Assembly (NCBI GenBank): GCA_025201805.1
Contig: MU619244.1
Span: 240,861-304,860 of the forward strand
Length of the DNA stretch: 64,000 nucleotides
Source: Parasitella parasitica NRRL 2501
Lineage: Eukaryota; Fungi; Mucoromycota
Direction of reading: 5' to 3'
The notes beneath the pieces are model-generated. The model searched no databases. It was not told the DNA's origin and worked only from the letters and a program-made list of their open reading frames with translations. The position numbers and the translations under genes were made by a program. Shown here piece after piece: positions 38,142-52,072 of the stretch. How positions within the stretch are numbered: the first letter of the stretch is position 1; every line of letters begins with the position of its first letter.

Positions 38142-40587
38142 ATGAGATTCTCACATACATTGCAGTTGAATGCAGTGCCCGAGTGGATTGATAGCTACGT
38201 CAAGTATGTATCATTACTGCATACTGCATACGAAACATAGACTAAAATAACATTGTTTTACCACTAGCTACGACACTTTGAAAAAGCTGATCTTTCAGCT
38301 GGAAAAGGAGAATGTTGAAGAGATCAATACGAATCAGGACCCCGAAAAGATGTTTGAGTTCAAGCAAGACGGCGAGGCTAGATTTTTGACAGCTCTCGAC
38401 AGCCAGCTCGAAAAGGTGTTTGATTTCTACACTCAAAAAGAGTCTGAGCTGTATGGGATGCTTGATGAAATCGACAGCGAAATCGACAGCAACCGCCATC
38501 TCAGCAACGACGGTGATGGCGAGTATCCCGACAAGACTCATTTATCTCCTCTCGAGAATCTCGATTCTACCTACCGCTTCCCCAATGCCATGGACGAAAA
38601 GGATGCCACTGGATACCCCGTTGAAAGAGTCGAACAAATCGCTCCTCAGCGCCGTGGCTCACGAGCCTCAAACATATCCCGCCGTCTCTCTCGTCAATCG
38701 TTTGAGTCTCGCATGTCTGTGGATCGTGATGATTTCGTGATGGAGCAATTGGCTGATTTGCGTTCTCAATTGATCTTGCTCTACATATCCCTTTCCGAAC
38801 TTGAGTCTTACGTCGAACTGAATCGCACTGCATTCGAGAAAATCCTCAAGAAATACGACAAAGTGCTTGAGGGCAATCTAAAGGAGCAGTATCTCAACAA
38901 AATGGTCATGGACAGTAGACCCTTCATGCCAGAGACGATGGCTGTGCTCAAAGAACAGCTTGCCCGCGTCGAGACTATCTTTGCCAACGCCTTTTGTGGC
39001 GGCAATCGCACCGTCGCCCTCCGCCAGATGAAGAGCCATTTGCGTGATCAAGTTACCTTTGAACGCAACACTATCTGGAAGGACATGGTTCGCCAAGAAC
39101 GCAGGGTCAACGACACAAAAATAGTCGAGCCCAAGGTCGTCAAGTCATACAAGATCCCCTTTACAAAGCTGACTATCGAGGCAGGGCTTCTGCGTCAGAT
39201 CATTTGCTTTGCCATCTCTATGGCTGCTTTTATCATCCTTCTCTGCGTTGATTGTTTCGGTGACCGCCAAGAAAACTATTGTTTTGCTTTGTTGATTTTT
39301 TCTGCCATCATGTGGGCCACTGAAGCTATCCCCCTCTATGCTACGTCATGTTTGATCCCTTTCCTGATTGTGCCATTAGGCATTCTCAATGATGCGAATG
39401 GTAATCAGCTGCCCGCAAAGGCTGCTTCCAAGGCTGTTTTCCAATCCATGTACAGTGGCACTATTATGATGCTCCTCGGTGGTTTCGCTCTCGCTGCTGC
39501 TCTCTCCAAATACGGCATTGCCAAAGCATTCGCCTCTCATGTTCTGAGTCGCGCTGGCACTCGTCCCATGTGGGTGTTGTTGGCAATCATGTTTGTGTCT
39601 GGTTTCCTCAGCATGTTCATCTCTAATGTTGCGACTCCTGTGCTCTGTTTCTCCTTGATTGATCCTATTCTGCGCACTTTACCCGACAGATCTCGTGTTG
39701 CGCCTTGTCTGATTCTCGGCATCGCCCTCTCCAGCTGCATCGGTGGTATGACATCGCCCATCTCCTCTCCTCAGAATATTGTCACGATTCAGTACATCAA
39801 CCCCAACCCTGGCTGGGGCCTTTGGTTTGCTGCTGCTTTGCCCATCTCCGTCTTATCCTTGTTTGTCTGCTGGGGTCTCTTGCTGCTCGTCTACAAGCCC
39901 GCAAGTGATACCCCTCATTTGAACACCATCAAGCCCACCAGAGAAAAAATCACAAAGAGCCAAGTTTTTGTTTGTCTTATTGCTCTTGCTACTATTGCAC
40001 TTTGGTGTGCTGAATCGTCCATTGAATACGCTATTGGTGACACTGGAATCATTGCTGCGATCCCCTTGTTTGTCTTCTTTGGCACCGGCATCTTGAATAA
40101 GGACGACCTCAACAACTTTTTATGGTCTGTGGTCGTGCTGGCTCAGGGTGGCATGGCGCTCGGTAACGCAGTTACCTCCTCTGGGTTGTTGCAAGACATT
40201 GCTATGCGTCTCAAAGATGGCATTGCTGATTTACCGGTAATCGCCATTCTGGCTATCTTCTGCTTCCTCATCTTGGTTTTTGCCACATTTGTCTCGCATA
40301 CAGTTGCCGCCCTTATCATTGTACCCATCGTTCAAGAAGTCGGCCAGCACTTGCCTGTTCCCCACCCCAATTTGCTGGTGATGGGCGCTGGCTTAGCCTG
40401 CTCTGCTGGTATGGGTTTACCTGTCTCTGGTTACCCCAACATGTCGGCAATCATGCTTGAGGATCCCTCTGGAAAGCCATACTTGACCACAAAGGATTTT
40501 ATCATTACTGGCATTCCTACTAGTATTATCTGCACTGTTTTGATCTTTACTCTCGGTTACGGCATCATGACTGGCATTGGCTACTAA
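38142..40587 (+). CDS. SPX-domain low-affinity phosphate transporter (Pho87/Pho90/Pho91, SLC13-type)
   Basis: SPX motifs MRFSHTLQLNAVPEW..YVNYDTLKK and LNRTAFEKILKKYDK. Transporter motifs WATEAIP, SMFISNVA, GMTSPISSPQN, FVSHTVAA and MGLPVSGYPN. One short intron near 38203-38268. Confidence 0.95.
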
Positions 40588-41255
40588 TCTGCTTACTTTT
40601 TTTTTTATCCTATCCTTAATCCAATCCTCGTCAACTTTTAATCCATCTGTTACATATACACATTTCTCTCAAAACTACAATTTATTGTTTCTAAAAGGCT
40701 CGTCTTTTTAGGTTGTTTTATACCGTTCAAACTCTCATTTATTCTTATACTATATACATATATGTAAATGCAATTGATTACAAACAAAAAAAAAGAAAAA
40801 AAGAAAATAAACTACATTCTACTGTACATATTTTTTCATGGCTTTCATGTCAACTGGATCAAGGAATAAGCACGGATTCCCCAAGTGTTCGAAACCGAGT
40901 GCTTTGGAATGGTACTTTGAATCAAATCGCATTAAACAATTATTATGCGTTACCCATTACTAATCTTATTGTGCACTCTTCAAGTTCTCAATTGGCGCTT
41001 TTTGATAGAACATTCAATAGTCTGCCCCCCCCCCCACTCGTCTAGTCTAGAGTTGGTTCTCGACTCTGTGTGATTTTACAGCATCTTTGCTTTTCCAGGT
41101 TTTGTTTGAGCCATTGTATCGTCAAACTATGGCGGATGAATCTTGGATTAGACTTTTGGGCCAAGCAAGCCAATGTAAATCTCATCTGTGAAATATCGCC
41201 ATGAATAAACATATGGGTAGGGAACGCCACAGCTATATAAACGCCACTCTTTTAT

Positions 41256-42998
41256 TCAAAGGGCTATTTGACAAGTGTTCAGGCATAACTGAGCCAAAGA
41301 AAAGCAAGTGATGCTCAAAGAGACAGACGAGTTTTCCTTCAATAATGCAGTGGGTGTTTCTGGAACCAAGTTTTCTGTTCGAGTCATGTAGTGATACAGT
41401 GTTGTGCGTTCTGTTTCCTTCTCGGTAATAGAAACCATCACAATATCTTGGTTCTTGTAACTTTGCAAAATAGCCAGCCTTTTGAATCGTGTGAATGGCA
41501 TGTTGATGCTGACTATATTTCCCATAGAGTTCGGCAGGATGCAGTTCTCCAGTTTCAGGTACTCTAAGCTTGAGGCGTACAGTTTCGACAAGTGATACAG
41601 AGATTCTAGGGTGATCAGCGATCGTTCCATGGAGACGCAAATCAAGTGAGTTGATGACAACTCCAAGTTAGACGCGACCATATCAAACGAGCCTTGCACT
41701 AGGTTGAACGTTTTCAGGTTGGGGCAGTATGTTGTCAAAGTAGTTTGGACAAACTGCGGACATCCCAGAAGAGAAGATGGAAATTGGATACTCAGTTGGT
41801 CTATCAAGTAGCCGACTTCTTGCAAAAAGGAGATGTGTGGCAGGTTGGTTACTAGTAAGTCTGTTGGTAAATATCCTTGATATCCAAGATGCAGCCTAGC
41901 AGCTGAATCTTGCTTGCGAAAGCTGAAGTCTGGCTGGCCTGTAGTGAATGATGAACAACTGCCGTAGGTGATGCATAGTTTGGGTTTAGCAGGAACCGTA
42001 CAAGCAGGAGAAGCTGCATAAAATTGTTTGGCTAAATGATGCATGATCAAGTAGCTGGGCACAAACAGATCAATGTGGGCTTGATACAGTCCAGCCAGAA
42101 AACGTATCATATGAGACATTGCTGCTTGCAAATCATCTGACCAAATGAACGGATCGTTTGTTGACTGAGAAAAGCGTAACACGAGCTTGTTGAGGTCAGG
42201 GAAGCGATTTGCGATAGTGTAAACCAGACGAGGATCCAGCGTGTTTGACATCAACTTGAGCCGTCGAAGTCTTGGTGCAATTAAATTGCTGGCCGCTGCT
42301 ATGGTTACGGTGGTTGGAACTGTCGAATTGGATGTCATGATCAACTGAGCGATGTTTGGACAATCCACCAGGGTGGGTATTATATCGTGTAGGTTTGTGA
42401 AACCTTGCCGAGTTGTTATCTTTAACGTTTCCAAATGCGTGAATGATTTGATCATTTCGGCAAAATCCTGCTTACTCGACTGCCATTCCGCAATGTGCAA
42501 ATAGGACAGGGAAGATTTAAAGTGTAGAAACTTGTCGATGCTCTGCTTTTCAGCCGTTACTTTGAATTGCGGCACTTTTCTCAAGCGTTTCCAGTAGTTC
42601 CGGTTGTCGATGGACATGATATCATTCCAAAACATGTTGGATGGAAAGTGCAGCTCTTGGAGGTTTGGACAGGCAGCTGCCAAAAGTTGGAAATCCGCAT
42701 TTGTTGGCATGAATTTAGCTTCGAGTGCAATGTCGAAGCGGATAGCGAGAGATTGGATGAATTGGCCTGGGGTCGGCAGGTGGCCATCTGGCCGAGATAT
42801 ACACTCGATGAATCTTTTGAATCTGAATAGGTTGTTATAGTTTAAATCGTCATGTTTCTCCTCGATAGTGACATTGCTATAAAAAGCGCGTTTAGCAGGT
42901 ACATGCCATGCGTAACAAACAAACTGACTGACAAGCTGGTCTTGTTTGCTAGAGTGATCAAATATGCAAGATAGTAATTCAATAGGAAAGCAAATCAT
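41256..42998 (-). CDS. F-box / leucine-rich-repeat protein
   Basis: 580-aa intronless ORF with an N-terminal F-box (FPIELLSCIF..VCYAW) and CPNL-type LRRs. Confidence 0.85.
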   Translation of the reverse strand: MICFPIELLSCIFDHSSKQDQLVSQFVCYAWHVPAKRAFYSNVTIEEKHDDLNYNNLFRFKRFIECISRPDGHLPTPGQFIQSLAIRFDIALEAKFMPTNADFQLLAAACPNLQELHFPSNMFWNDIMSIDNRNYWKRLRKVPQFKVTAEKQSIDKFLHFKSSLSYLHIAEWQSSKQDFAEMIKSFTHLETLKITTRQGFTNLHDIIPTLVDCPNIAQLIMTSNSTVPTTVTIAAASNLIAPRLRRLKLMSNTLDPRLVYTIANRFPDLNKLVLRFSQSTNDPFIWSDDLQAAMSHMIRFLAGLYQAHIDLFVPSYLIMHHLAKQFYAASPACTVPAKPKLCITYGSCSSFTTGQPDFSFRKQDSAARLHLGYQGYLPTDLLVTNLPHISFLQEVGYLIDQLSIQFPSSLLGCPQFVQTTLTTYCPNLKTFNLVQGSFDMVASNLELSSTHLICVSMERSLITLESLYHLSKLYASSLEYLKLENCILPNSMGNIVSINMPFTRFKRLAILQSYKNQDIVMVSITEKETERTTLYHYMTRTENLVPETPTALLKENSSVSLSITCFSLAQLCLNTCQIAL

Positions 42999-43505
42999 GG
43001 CAACAAATATGATAAAGAGATAAAAGATAGAGAGCGAGAGAGAGGTAAAAAAAAAAGAAGTAACCTAGGATTTCACATTCTGATTCATGTGGGAATTAAC
43101 ACAGAGGGATGCTAATTGCACGATCGTTTGTTTGTTTGCATGAAATGGCATACATGATCTTTTACGTCTGGATGCGCTTTCTACCCTCAATCTTTCGACG
43201 AATGCACAGCACACGATCATATATAAGATCGATCAACCATCGCACAATTGGATGTTGTAGGTGTGGATTTGGTTCATGTGCCGTTCGCAATCGCATTCAT
43301 GCATATAACATTTAAATTGTACTCGCTGCAATTATTTTGTTTTTTTTATTTATTAGTACGGGGAAACGACGACAAGTAGCTTGATTATTTCAATACAGAC
43401 TTGGAGATTTTATCGCATCCTCCATATAAAAAGACGTCGATAAGAAGCAGACGCAAAGTTTTTGTGGTGCTCACTATATAACATTTATTCAGCAACAACA
43501 AAACA

Positions 43506-44753
43506 ATGAAAATTTTGGACTCTACAAGATTCGGATTTGTCTGTGCTGCAATCTTGCTTGTCAGCAATGTGCAAGCAGCCTGCCAAGGCGATATCGTCGT
43601 AATTACACAGCAAGACATGGATCAAGTACGCAACTGTAAGACGTACGGTGGCAGCATTTTGGTCGACAACTCGGGTGCGTCTGACCTCAAGCTGAATGGC
43701 GTTGAATTACTAGAGGGTGATTTGACCATCTCCAACAACAACGGTCTTCAGCGCCTGGCTTTCCCCAAGTTGCAAGGCATCAATGGCCAGCTAAAGCTTG
43801 CCAACAACAAGCTATTGAGCTCGGTCGAGATGAAGCAGCTTTATGCTATCCGTGGTTTGGAAGTATCTGTACACCCTGCCTTGAACGACCTCAAGTTCCC
43901 TGCTGGCTTATCTCAGGCCGAGAAGATTATCATCACCGATACAACTATCACCAAGATTGACGGCCTCAAAATGACCTCTGTCAAGGATGTCGAAATCTCC
44001 AACAACATATATCTAAAGAGTCTATCATTTGGCAACATGACTACGCTCGGAAGCATCCTTGTTTCTGCTAATTCGCCCTCCTTGCACTTGGATGTAAGTT
44101 GGCTTGTATACTTGCCTTTTGGCTTACTAACGCATCTCTATTCATCTAAAAACTAGTTGAGTCAAATAGATGGAGTTCGCGAAGCTACCTTCCGTAACGT
44201 GGCGCAAATCTCTTTGGATAAGCTCAAGAGAGTCTCTGGCGACATTTCGTTCATTTCAAACTCTTTCGAAAGCTTGGACATGCCGTCTACGTCTGATGTC
44301 TCTGGCACATTGACATTAACCGACAACATCAACCTGAGCAACCTGTCAATGCCCCAGCTTAGTCATTTAGGTGGCGCTCTTTCCGTCGGAGGTAACAGCA
44401 AGCTGACCAACGTCAATGCATTCCCTAATCTCCAACAAGTGGACGGTACCCTTGATATCACTGGTGGTTTCGACGAAGTGCAATTTCCTGCTTTGAACGA
44501 TGTCCGTGGCGGTCTTAACGTGCAAACATCCAGCAACTTTTTCTCCTGCGATGGTATGAACAAGCTCAAGAATGGTGTCATCAAGGGCAATTCTTTTGTC
44601 TGCAAGGCTGCCGTTGCCAAGCCAAAGTCAAACATCAGAGGAAAGGGAGGGGCTGGAGGCTCTGACTTTGTGGAGAATGCCGGTAATACTCTGTCTTTTG
44701 GCTACTTGACAATTGCTAGCGCCACTATAGCCTATATATTCAATGCTCTTTAA
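43506..44753 (+). CDS. Ecm33/Sps2-like GPI-anchored cell-wall protein (receptor L-domain repeats)
   Basis: Signal peptide, repeated FPxL..V.G.L motifs, VIKGNSFVC and a hydrophobic GPI signal at the C-terminus. Intron 44094-44156. Confidence 0.88.
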
Positions 44754-45056
44754 AGTAGCATGATACTATATAACACATAATATTTCAGTGCAATAAATAC
44801 ATTTTTAAACCCCCCCCCATAAAAATCTTGACAACTACCCTGTTTTAGCGTAGCTTAAGGTTCAGCTGTTACATTATATTACGAGTTCATGTCAAGCAGA
44901 CCCGCCTGGAGGAAAGTCCCGTGTGGTGTTGATTCTTGGGGGGGGGGAGGAAGCAGAGAGAGCGAGAGAGTTTCAGATAGCGAAATGGGCATAATTTCGA
45001 TTTTTTTTTTCAGCTGCTTGTTTGAAATGAACGACCTTTCTTTCTCCAACAAAATC

Positions 45057-47980
45057 TATGTCCACAACCAATGATCCAGACGAATTGCCTTCTATTTCTT
45101 GCTTATCAGGCATTAGAACAGAAACAACTTTAACAACGGGGAAATTAAGAGTAACGTTTTTGTGCTGCGAGTGTCTAACTGATCCTTGTTTCTCAACGCA
45201 GTGTTCGATAGATTCACATCCTCAATTGCTTCCTCAACGTCAAGGTGAAAAGGCCGTATGTCATCATCACATTAGGAGGTAGCCGTGTACGTAATCCTTT
45301 CGCTTGTTCATATGACTCATATTGCCAGTAGACCAGGTGTATCAAACTTCAGTGTCTGAATTCCGAGAAGGTCGTTGGAACGAGCGCTTTGAATTTACAG
45401 TGACATTTCATGCACAACTTTTTGGCACAATTCAATTGGATCTATACGACAATTACACCATCTATCCAGACAAGCATATTGGCCGTGCAGAGATTCGCCT
45501 CAGTACTCTGGAAAGTATGCCGGAAACGTTTACGAGCTACTACGAAATTTGGGACAAAAAGCTATCTACCGGCGCAAGCTCTAGCATAGGTAGAGAACGA
45601 GCTGCTGTCAATAACGTCGGGGCGCTGCAGGCTACCATCTCGTATCGCTATTTACGCTCATCCAACGTCATTGATCAGGGCCGTGATCTGGGAGAGTTGA
45701 AAGAAATTCGTGAGCCCCCTCCTGGGTCCACAGACTTGCTAACAGAAGAACAGCTGGCGGCGGAATTCAAGCGACATTTGCAGTTTCAACGTGAAAGGAA
45801 AAAGACAAACAATGGCGGCATTGATTTCAAAAAGTTTGAAGAATCCAAAGGCAGCAACTTTGCAGATCAGGAGGGCCTGGACTATCCGGATGAAAGTGAT
45901 TATAGCGACTACGCGAACGAACTGCACAGCTCGGATGGCTCATACAATGAAGAAGTCGGCTCTTTAATACAGCCATTGAAAATGAGTAGAAAGCGCGCCG
46001 ACACTGCATCGTATCAAAGTGCTTCATCTGGCGGTGGTGGTGGTGGTAATGAGGATGATGAATTTGGTGAAATGGTAGCTGCCCCAGAGCCCAATACTGT
46101 GCACCAATCTACCTCGTGGTTTGATTTCTCCCGCGCAGATACCGTCAATGCACATCCAACAAAGAGACAGCCGGTGCATAAGCCTAGCACGCCAGTCAAG
46201 ACGATACCAAGCTCTGGCGGCAACAAAAAAACGAGTGGGTCGTGGACGGGGGCAACAGACACCAGTCAGGTCATCCGCACTATTGGAAAACTACTTGCTA
46301 CGTTTGGACAAGGATTCGAATTGACTAATATGCAGGTTTTGACCGGGTTCACAGTGCTGGAAAAGTTTTATTCAGACCTCCCTCGTAACAGGTCGTGGGA
46401 TTTGGTCCAGAATCTGTCAGATATCGATATGGGCGCTAGATTTTGGAAGTTTTCAATCGCATCCTATGGCTGGAAGGGACTGAATTTTATTGGAAAAGGG
46501 AACGGCATATTCTCTGATGCAATGCGCGAACATTCGGATGCCAAATCAATCATCGAATACCTGACTATTCCCAAGGAAGATCTTTTGGCGTACGAGTTCA
46601 GATCGGCAGAGGCGTTTAGACCCAGCTATTTCATCGCAAGGGATCGATTCACAAACTCTATAGTGTTGTCAATTCGAGGAACAATGGTATGGGGTTGACT
46701 GTTTGCACAACATGTTTTTCAAATTCTCTAAAAAAAAAAGAAAAAAAAAATTAGAGCGTGATGGACACACTTACGGATTTAGTATGCGAGTACGAACCTT
46801 GGAAAGGCGGATTTATCCATAGCGGCATGAAAGTAAAGTTGCAAAAGCATATCTGTGTACACTACAAAAAAAGAAAAGGAGCACTGACCATTACACGAAT
46901 ACAGAACTCAGCCATGTGGTTTTTCCGTCATGTCGTGCCCCAGTTGATTGCCTACAGTAACGAGCATTCAACAACATCATTGATTATAGTAGGCCACAGC
47001 TTGGGCGCATCCACAGCCGCCATCTTGACCATTATTCTAACCGACTACATTGACGAATTTCGCCGAGGCAAAAAGGAATTCACTTTGCAATGCTACGGTT
47101 ATGCCCCGGCTTGTGGTCTTAGCTTGGATATAGCGGAAAAGTACAAGGATATCATCCAGTCGTTTGTATTTGCAGATGACATGGTCAGTAAGCTGAGCTA
47201 TGGGTCCATGATGGACGTGAAAGAGCTCATTATTGCGAGCTCTGAGGCTGTGCGAAGCATGGGAGTAGGCGAGATACTGTGGTCAGGAGGCACAGAGGAT
47301 GACAAGTGGAAAGCTGCGTTCAAACGAATCGCAGATGTGCGCAAACGATGTTTAGACTCGTTAGAAAATCCTCGCGTAAGTGTTATTTTCCCTTTGTTGG
47401 CGACACCTGGGCTGGTTGTGTTAATACCGTTCATAGCTGTATGTAGCTGGACAAATCTATCAGTTTTGGCTGGTAAATATCAAAAAGCGCACATTGGTCG
47501 CGAAACAAACAGGACTTGAACAATATTTGCACGTAGGACCCAACGCCGAGTAATGATACCCGCATAGTAATAGAAAAGACAACCGCAACCAAGGTGTGCA
47601 ATGAAGTGGTAGTGAAAAAGTCCATCATGTTGGATCATTTGCCTACCAATTTTGACGTGGCATTCAGAAGAGCTCGTGAGACGTTGATGATGGAAGGAAC
47701 ATCCGCTGTGCAGTCAGAAAAACGACCGTCTGTGGATGGTGTTCTGGATCCTGTACCTTCAGAAGGGAAAGAAAATGCAGAGTTGAATGAGGACGTGCAG
47801 CAAGTACACAAGGATGATGATGGGAAAACACTGCAACAAAACGACAGCACAGACCCAGCGACCGCAGTTGACAGTGATCATCCTATCTGGGGATCTATAG
47901 CAAAATTGGGCTTGAAAGGAACAACAGACAGAGCAGGTGGGAAAGGAACGGTGCTGGGCGATGATGACACTACACGATAA
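45057..47980 (+). CDS. C2-domain + class 3 lipase (diacylglycerol-lipase-like), paralogue 2
   Basis: WNERFEF..HAQLF..LDLYD, LSIRGT, DLVCEY, IHSGM, GHSLGA, DDMVSKLS and LDHL motifs; colinear with 11777-14895. Confidence 0.88.
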
Positions 47981-48983
47981 GAATAAAAGTCTTTGATTTA
48001 ATTAAACAATGGCACACTTGGAAGAGCAAATGAGTTGTATACTTGATATTGTGATTCATTGCTCGCATTGTTACAAAAGCCAAACAAGAAATGTTTAACG
48101 CTGCTTGTTGCAAAAGGCAGCCAGGAACTTTGTTCCTCAAGGCATTGAGTACGAAAAGCGAATAGAGCGCCTCATTAATAACAAGGTCCATGATATCAAC
48201 ACTATTTCTTATCAACAACATAGCCTTGTCCATTTTCGTAAATAAATAGCATACAGTAAGCGCAACGCCAATGGGAGGATTTAGCTACAAGAATAGCCGA
48301 GGCGTGTAATGCTGTTCCTTCCGAGCATCTTTCGGTATTTGCTCAGCATTCAGTAAACCTATTCGAGAAATGTTTGAAGGGCAATCCAATTCAAAGCATC
48401 TATTATTGAGATATAAAATAACTGCTGAATTGTATGAAACTAAATTTGTGTCGATGTCAATAACCAAACCACCTGACAGTTAATTTTCTTTTCTCTTTTT
48501 TTTTTTTGGTCACGGATCAGGACTATGAGATTTTTTAATTTATCGTTCGAGTGCTTTTAAGATACTGCAAAGCAGTTGAAAATCTACGTTCGTACGGCAC
48601 AAAGATGGGTGAGACAGTACGAAAGAGATCCTAATAGCATCTTTGAGAAGCATAAAAAAATTCTACATTTCCTTTTGTCAGATGCCTTCTGATCACCACT
48701 ACAATATTTCTTTGCGATTGGCACTCCAACATTTGGGATATTTACTTTATAATTAAAGAAAAAAAGTACCACTGTCATTTATTATTCAAATTGCAGGGCA
48801 CAAAAGCAATGTCGATCCTTGGTGACATCAATCAAAGAATAGATGGTAGGGTTAGTCGGATGACGCTTCGTTTTCCACAATTTTTCATCATTTGCAGGTT
48901 GACACAAACGCAGTTACCATCAGTAAGGTACGAATGTTTTTCAAACTGACGAGGAGAGTATGTGGCATGAGCTATCTGAAAAG

Positions 48984-49219
48984 CTGTTTTCAAGATTTCC
49001 AACTGTTGAAAGTTGCCCATCATAGGGACAGTCTCAAGGGTGTTCAGCTATGGCTTTTAAATAAAAGACAAAACGTACTAATCCCAAGCATCCCAGAAAC
49101 ATGAGAGAACCTGTTTCCAAGATTTCCAACTGTTGAAAGTTTTCCATCATAGGGACAGTCTCAAGGGCGTTCAGCTACGGCTCTTAAATAAAAGACAAAA
49201 CGTACTAATCCCAAGCATC
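48984..49219 (+). repeat. Tandem direct duplication of a 109-bp unit (48984-49092 and 49111-49219)
   Basis: Two copies with about 6 substitutions and an 18-bp spacer. Confidence 0.92.
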
Positions 49220-49680
49220 TCTCATGCTGCCCAAACCATCTTGTAACAATTTTTTAAAAAGATAGCGCAAGAAGGAAAAAAATATATACTAGACAAAGAA
49301 CTTTTGTTCATTGGGAATAGCTTTTATATGACTTCATTTGCTGCTTTGTTTCAAGCGCAATTTCTTCCATTTCAACGTCTAAGCCTCCATCAGTTAACTT
49401 TTGCTCTGAACGTTGCTTTTCGCAGTAGAGCGTAAGACGGGCCAGCGTTACTAGGGGTCTACTTCTTCTTCCCAATCTATTGCATCGCCCCCCCCCCTTT
49501 CGTCGACAATTCTTCCCTGTCCAACCTCATAAAAAAAACGTGCGGTCAATTAAAGCTGCCCTTTGAGATAAAAAACCGCCCATTGGCGTACTCATAATCT
49601 TTATTTTTTGGGTCAATGGACATCATTATTCAACACATATTTTTTTTTTTTTTTGCACAACACTAAATTATTTCACTGAT

Positions 49681-50468
49681 TTATAAGAGCTTTTCAATTT
49701 CGGCAGCAATAGCCTTGGGTTCTGTTGTGGATGCATAACGCTTAACGACCTTACCCTCCTTGTCAATCAAGAATTTCTACATTATAAAGGCTTCAGTCAA
49801 CGACCTGCTACAAAACATAATGCAAATAGCTATGGTTACCTCAAAGTTCCACTTAACACGCTTCAAACTAGCATAAAGGAAAAAAGCACATGTCAATACA
49901 GTGCTTACAAAGCTTCTATCAATAAATATTTACCCAAGAAGGCCGGGCTGAGATTCCTTTAACCACTTATAGACAGGTGCCTCATTATCTCCGTTGACAT
50001 CACTAAATGATCATCATGAATAAATCATTTGATTTCGCTATGCATAACGCCATAATACTCACAGTTTTGCAGTTAAAGGGAAATTGACACTCCACGTTGT
50101 AGAGCAGAATTCCTGGATTTCGTTTTCAGTACCAGGCTCTGTAATAAATGTTTGTTTAATAAATAATAGGGAATGCTATATCGAACAATTACCTTGGTGG
50201 CCAAATTGGTTGCAAGGAGCACCAACAACGACAAAGCCCTTGTCTTGGTACTTTTGGTAGAGTTCTTCCAAGCCAGCATACTGTTTGGTAAAACCACACT
50301 TGGAAGCGACATTCACAAAAAGAACGACCTTATCACACAACACATTGATATTAAAACCAAATCGTCACATTAATAAAAATAAGCTCAAGTTACCTTTCCT
50401 TTCAGTTTAGCAAGATCCCAATCCTCGCCCTTGATATTCTTGACGGTAAAATCGTATAAAGATGACAT
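49681..50468 (-). CDS. GPX: Cys-type glutathione peroxidase (Hyr1/Gpx3-like), six exons
   Basis: NVASKCGFT (TGT codon), [13 protein letters not shown] and KWNFEKFLID after splicing. Confidence 0.95.
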
Positions 50469-51749
50469 TTGATTGCTTTTATTGTTTTAATACGGAAAGA
50501 AGAAAGAAAGGATTTTACCGCTGTTGCTGCATTTATTAAATGCCTGTTTTTGTATATGATTACATACTCGCAATTCAGCAAAAAGTCCACGTAAGAAGAA
50601 ATTTACTTTTTGAGCAAAATCTCTGCCTCGCGTCATCAGTTCTGCACAGCGCTGGTAAATATTGGCTGATTTAGAAATTTAAATGGTGATTGTAAAAAAA
50701 TAATTTGGTGCTGGCTCAATGGAAAAAATCTTTTGGCAGTTTCAAGATTTTGCTTCCACTCTCAATCTACCGATTCTTTTGAAAACAATGCCTATTTTTT
50801 TTGAGAAAAATCGCGCACTTGTGCGAGGCTAATTAAGCCAGACATTTCTATGCATGATCCATCTTGATATTAAATTATATGAAAGGTGAATTAAAAGTTT
50901 GAAATAAACAAGAATCACGAAACTGAGTTTAACATCTAAAACTAGAATCAACAGAAGGAAGCAATATACTGAAGTATCTTGTTCTAAATAAAAAGCATAG
51001 ACATTATGTTGAGTAGAAGGAAAAACATTATCAGTGGCACGAGAATTTCTAAATATGGGAGCTGTGAGGAAATGAATCCTAGAGACCGGATTAGATACAA
51101 CAACACTAAGTGTGTTCATAACATATAGGTTCTTTATTGAAATATTTAAGGAGAGTGTCTATAGAATACAGTATTTTTACTTGGTTTTTGGACCTTTTTT
51201 TCCTAAGCAGTGGAGCTGTTGGCTTCTTTTAATGGTATCGTATGACAGACAGGAGGATATATTCATACAATGGACAAAATAATGATGATAATTAATGGCT
51301 ATAATGACCAAAGATTGCCTTTCGTTTGTTTGAGATTTTGGCGTCAATGACCTGGTGCATAGTGTGCTTAGCTAGTGTCACAGGATTTTGGGCATAATCG
51401 TGGGTATCACCGTTTACTACGCACTGGAAACAAGTAATGACCATGATAACCTTGTTCAATTGCGAAATGAAAAGCTGTACTTGATCAAGACTGAACGGGA
51501 ATTGGATATGAGCAATTTCACATATGGTATAGAGATCGGGTTTGGCGCGATTAATGATGTAGAACGTAGCATTTTTACCTATATAATAATACATGAGAAT
51601 GTTATAGACCTATGAACACAACATATACTTTACCAACAACAAGGAAAGCAAAAATAGATTTCAAGTTGTGTCTATCCGAAGCATCTTTGGCCAATGTTGC
51701 AACACGCATCAGATCGATACCAACAAGCCGGTGACTGAGGGCCTGGTAC

Positions 51750-52072
51750 ACGCATCATGGTTTCCGCATTGACAACCGGGTTACTATCACCCAAGGCCTT
51801 AATAAGGGTTTCCTTGAAGGTTGAATAGTTGCACAGAAGTCCCGGCTTGTCTGAAGAGTACAGATGGTCGAGGTGCGGCTCGATAAACTGAAATGCAACC
51901 CCAGTCAGATGGGAGACCGCGAATAAGATCTTGTTTTCATCGGAAGCACACACTCGCTCATTGGCTGCGAAGTGTAATGCAAGCCGAGAGAAAAAGGCAT
52001 GACAAAGATGTGGTTTACCAGCAAAAGGAGTAGGTGGCTTGATTTTCACAATTCTGCCACTGGAAGTCTCGT
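51750..52072 (-). mobile_element. Isolated Ty3/gypsy gag (capsid) fragment
   Basis: IKPPTPFAG..CHAFF..L.LHF..SDENKILFAVSHLTG.AFQF..YSTFKETL..ALGD, flanked by a duplicated TAC (51747-51749 and 52073-52075). Confidence 0.75.

Noticed and set aside
47970-48780. Short minus-strand ORFs downstream of lipase paralogue 2
   Set aside because: No consistent splice model or recognisable motif.
49402-49431. Hairpin GCTCT..TGC-TTTTC-GCA..AGAGC as a possible U5 loop
   Set aside because: Lacks the invariant GCCUUUUAC loop.
49681-50468. Possible selenocysteine in the glutathione peroxidase
   Set aside because: The active-site codon is TGT (Cys), not TGA.
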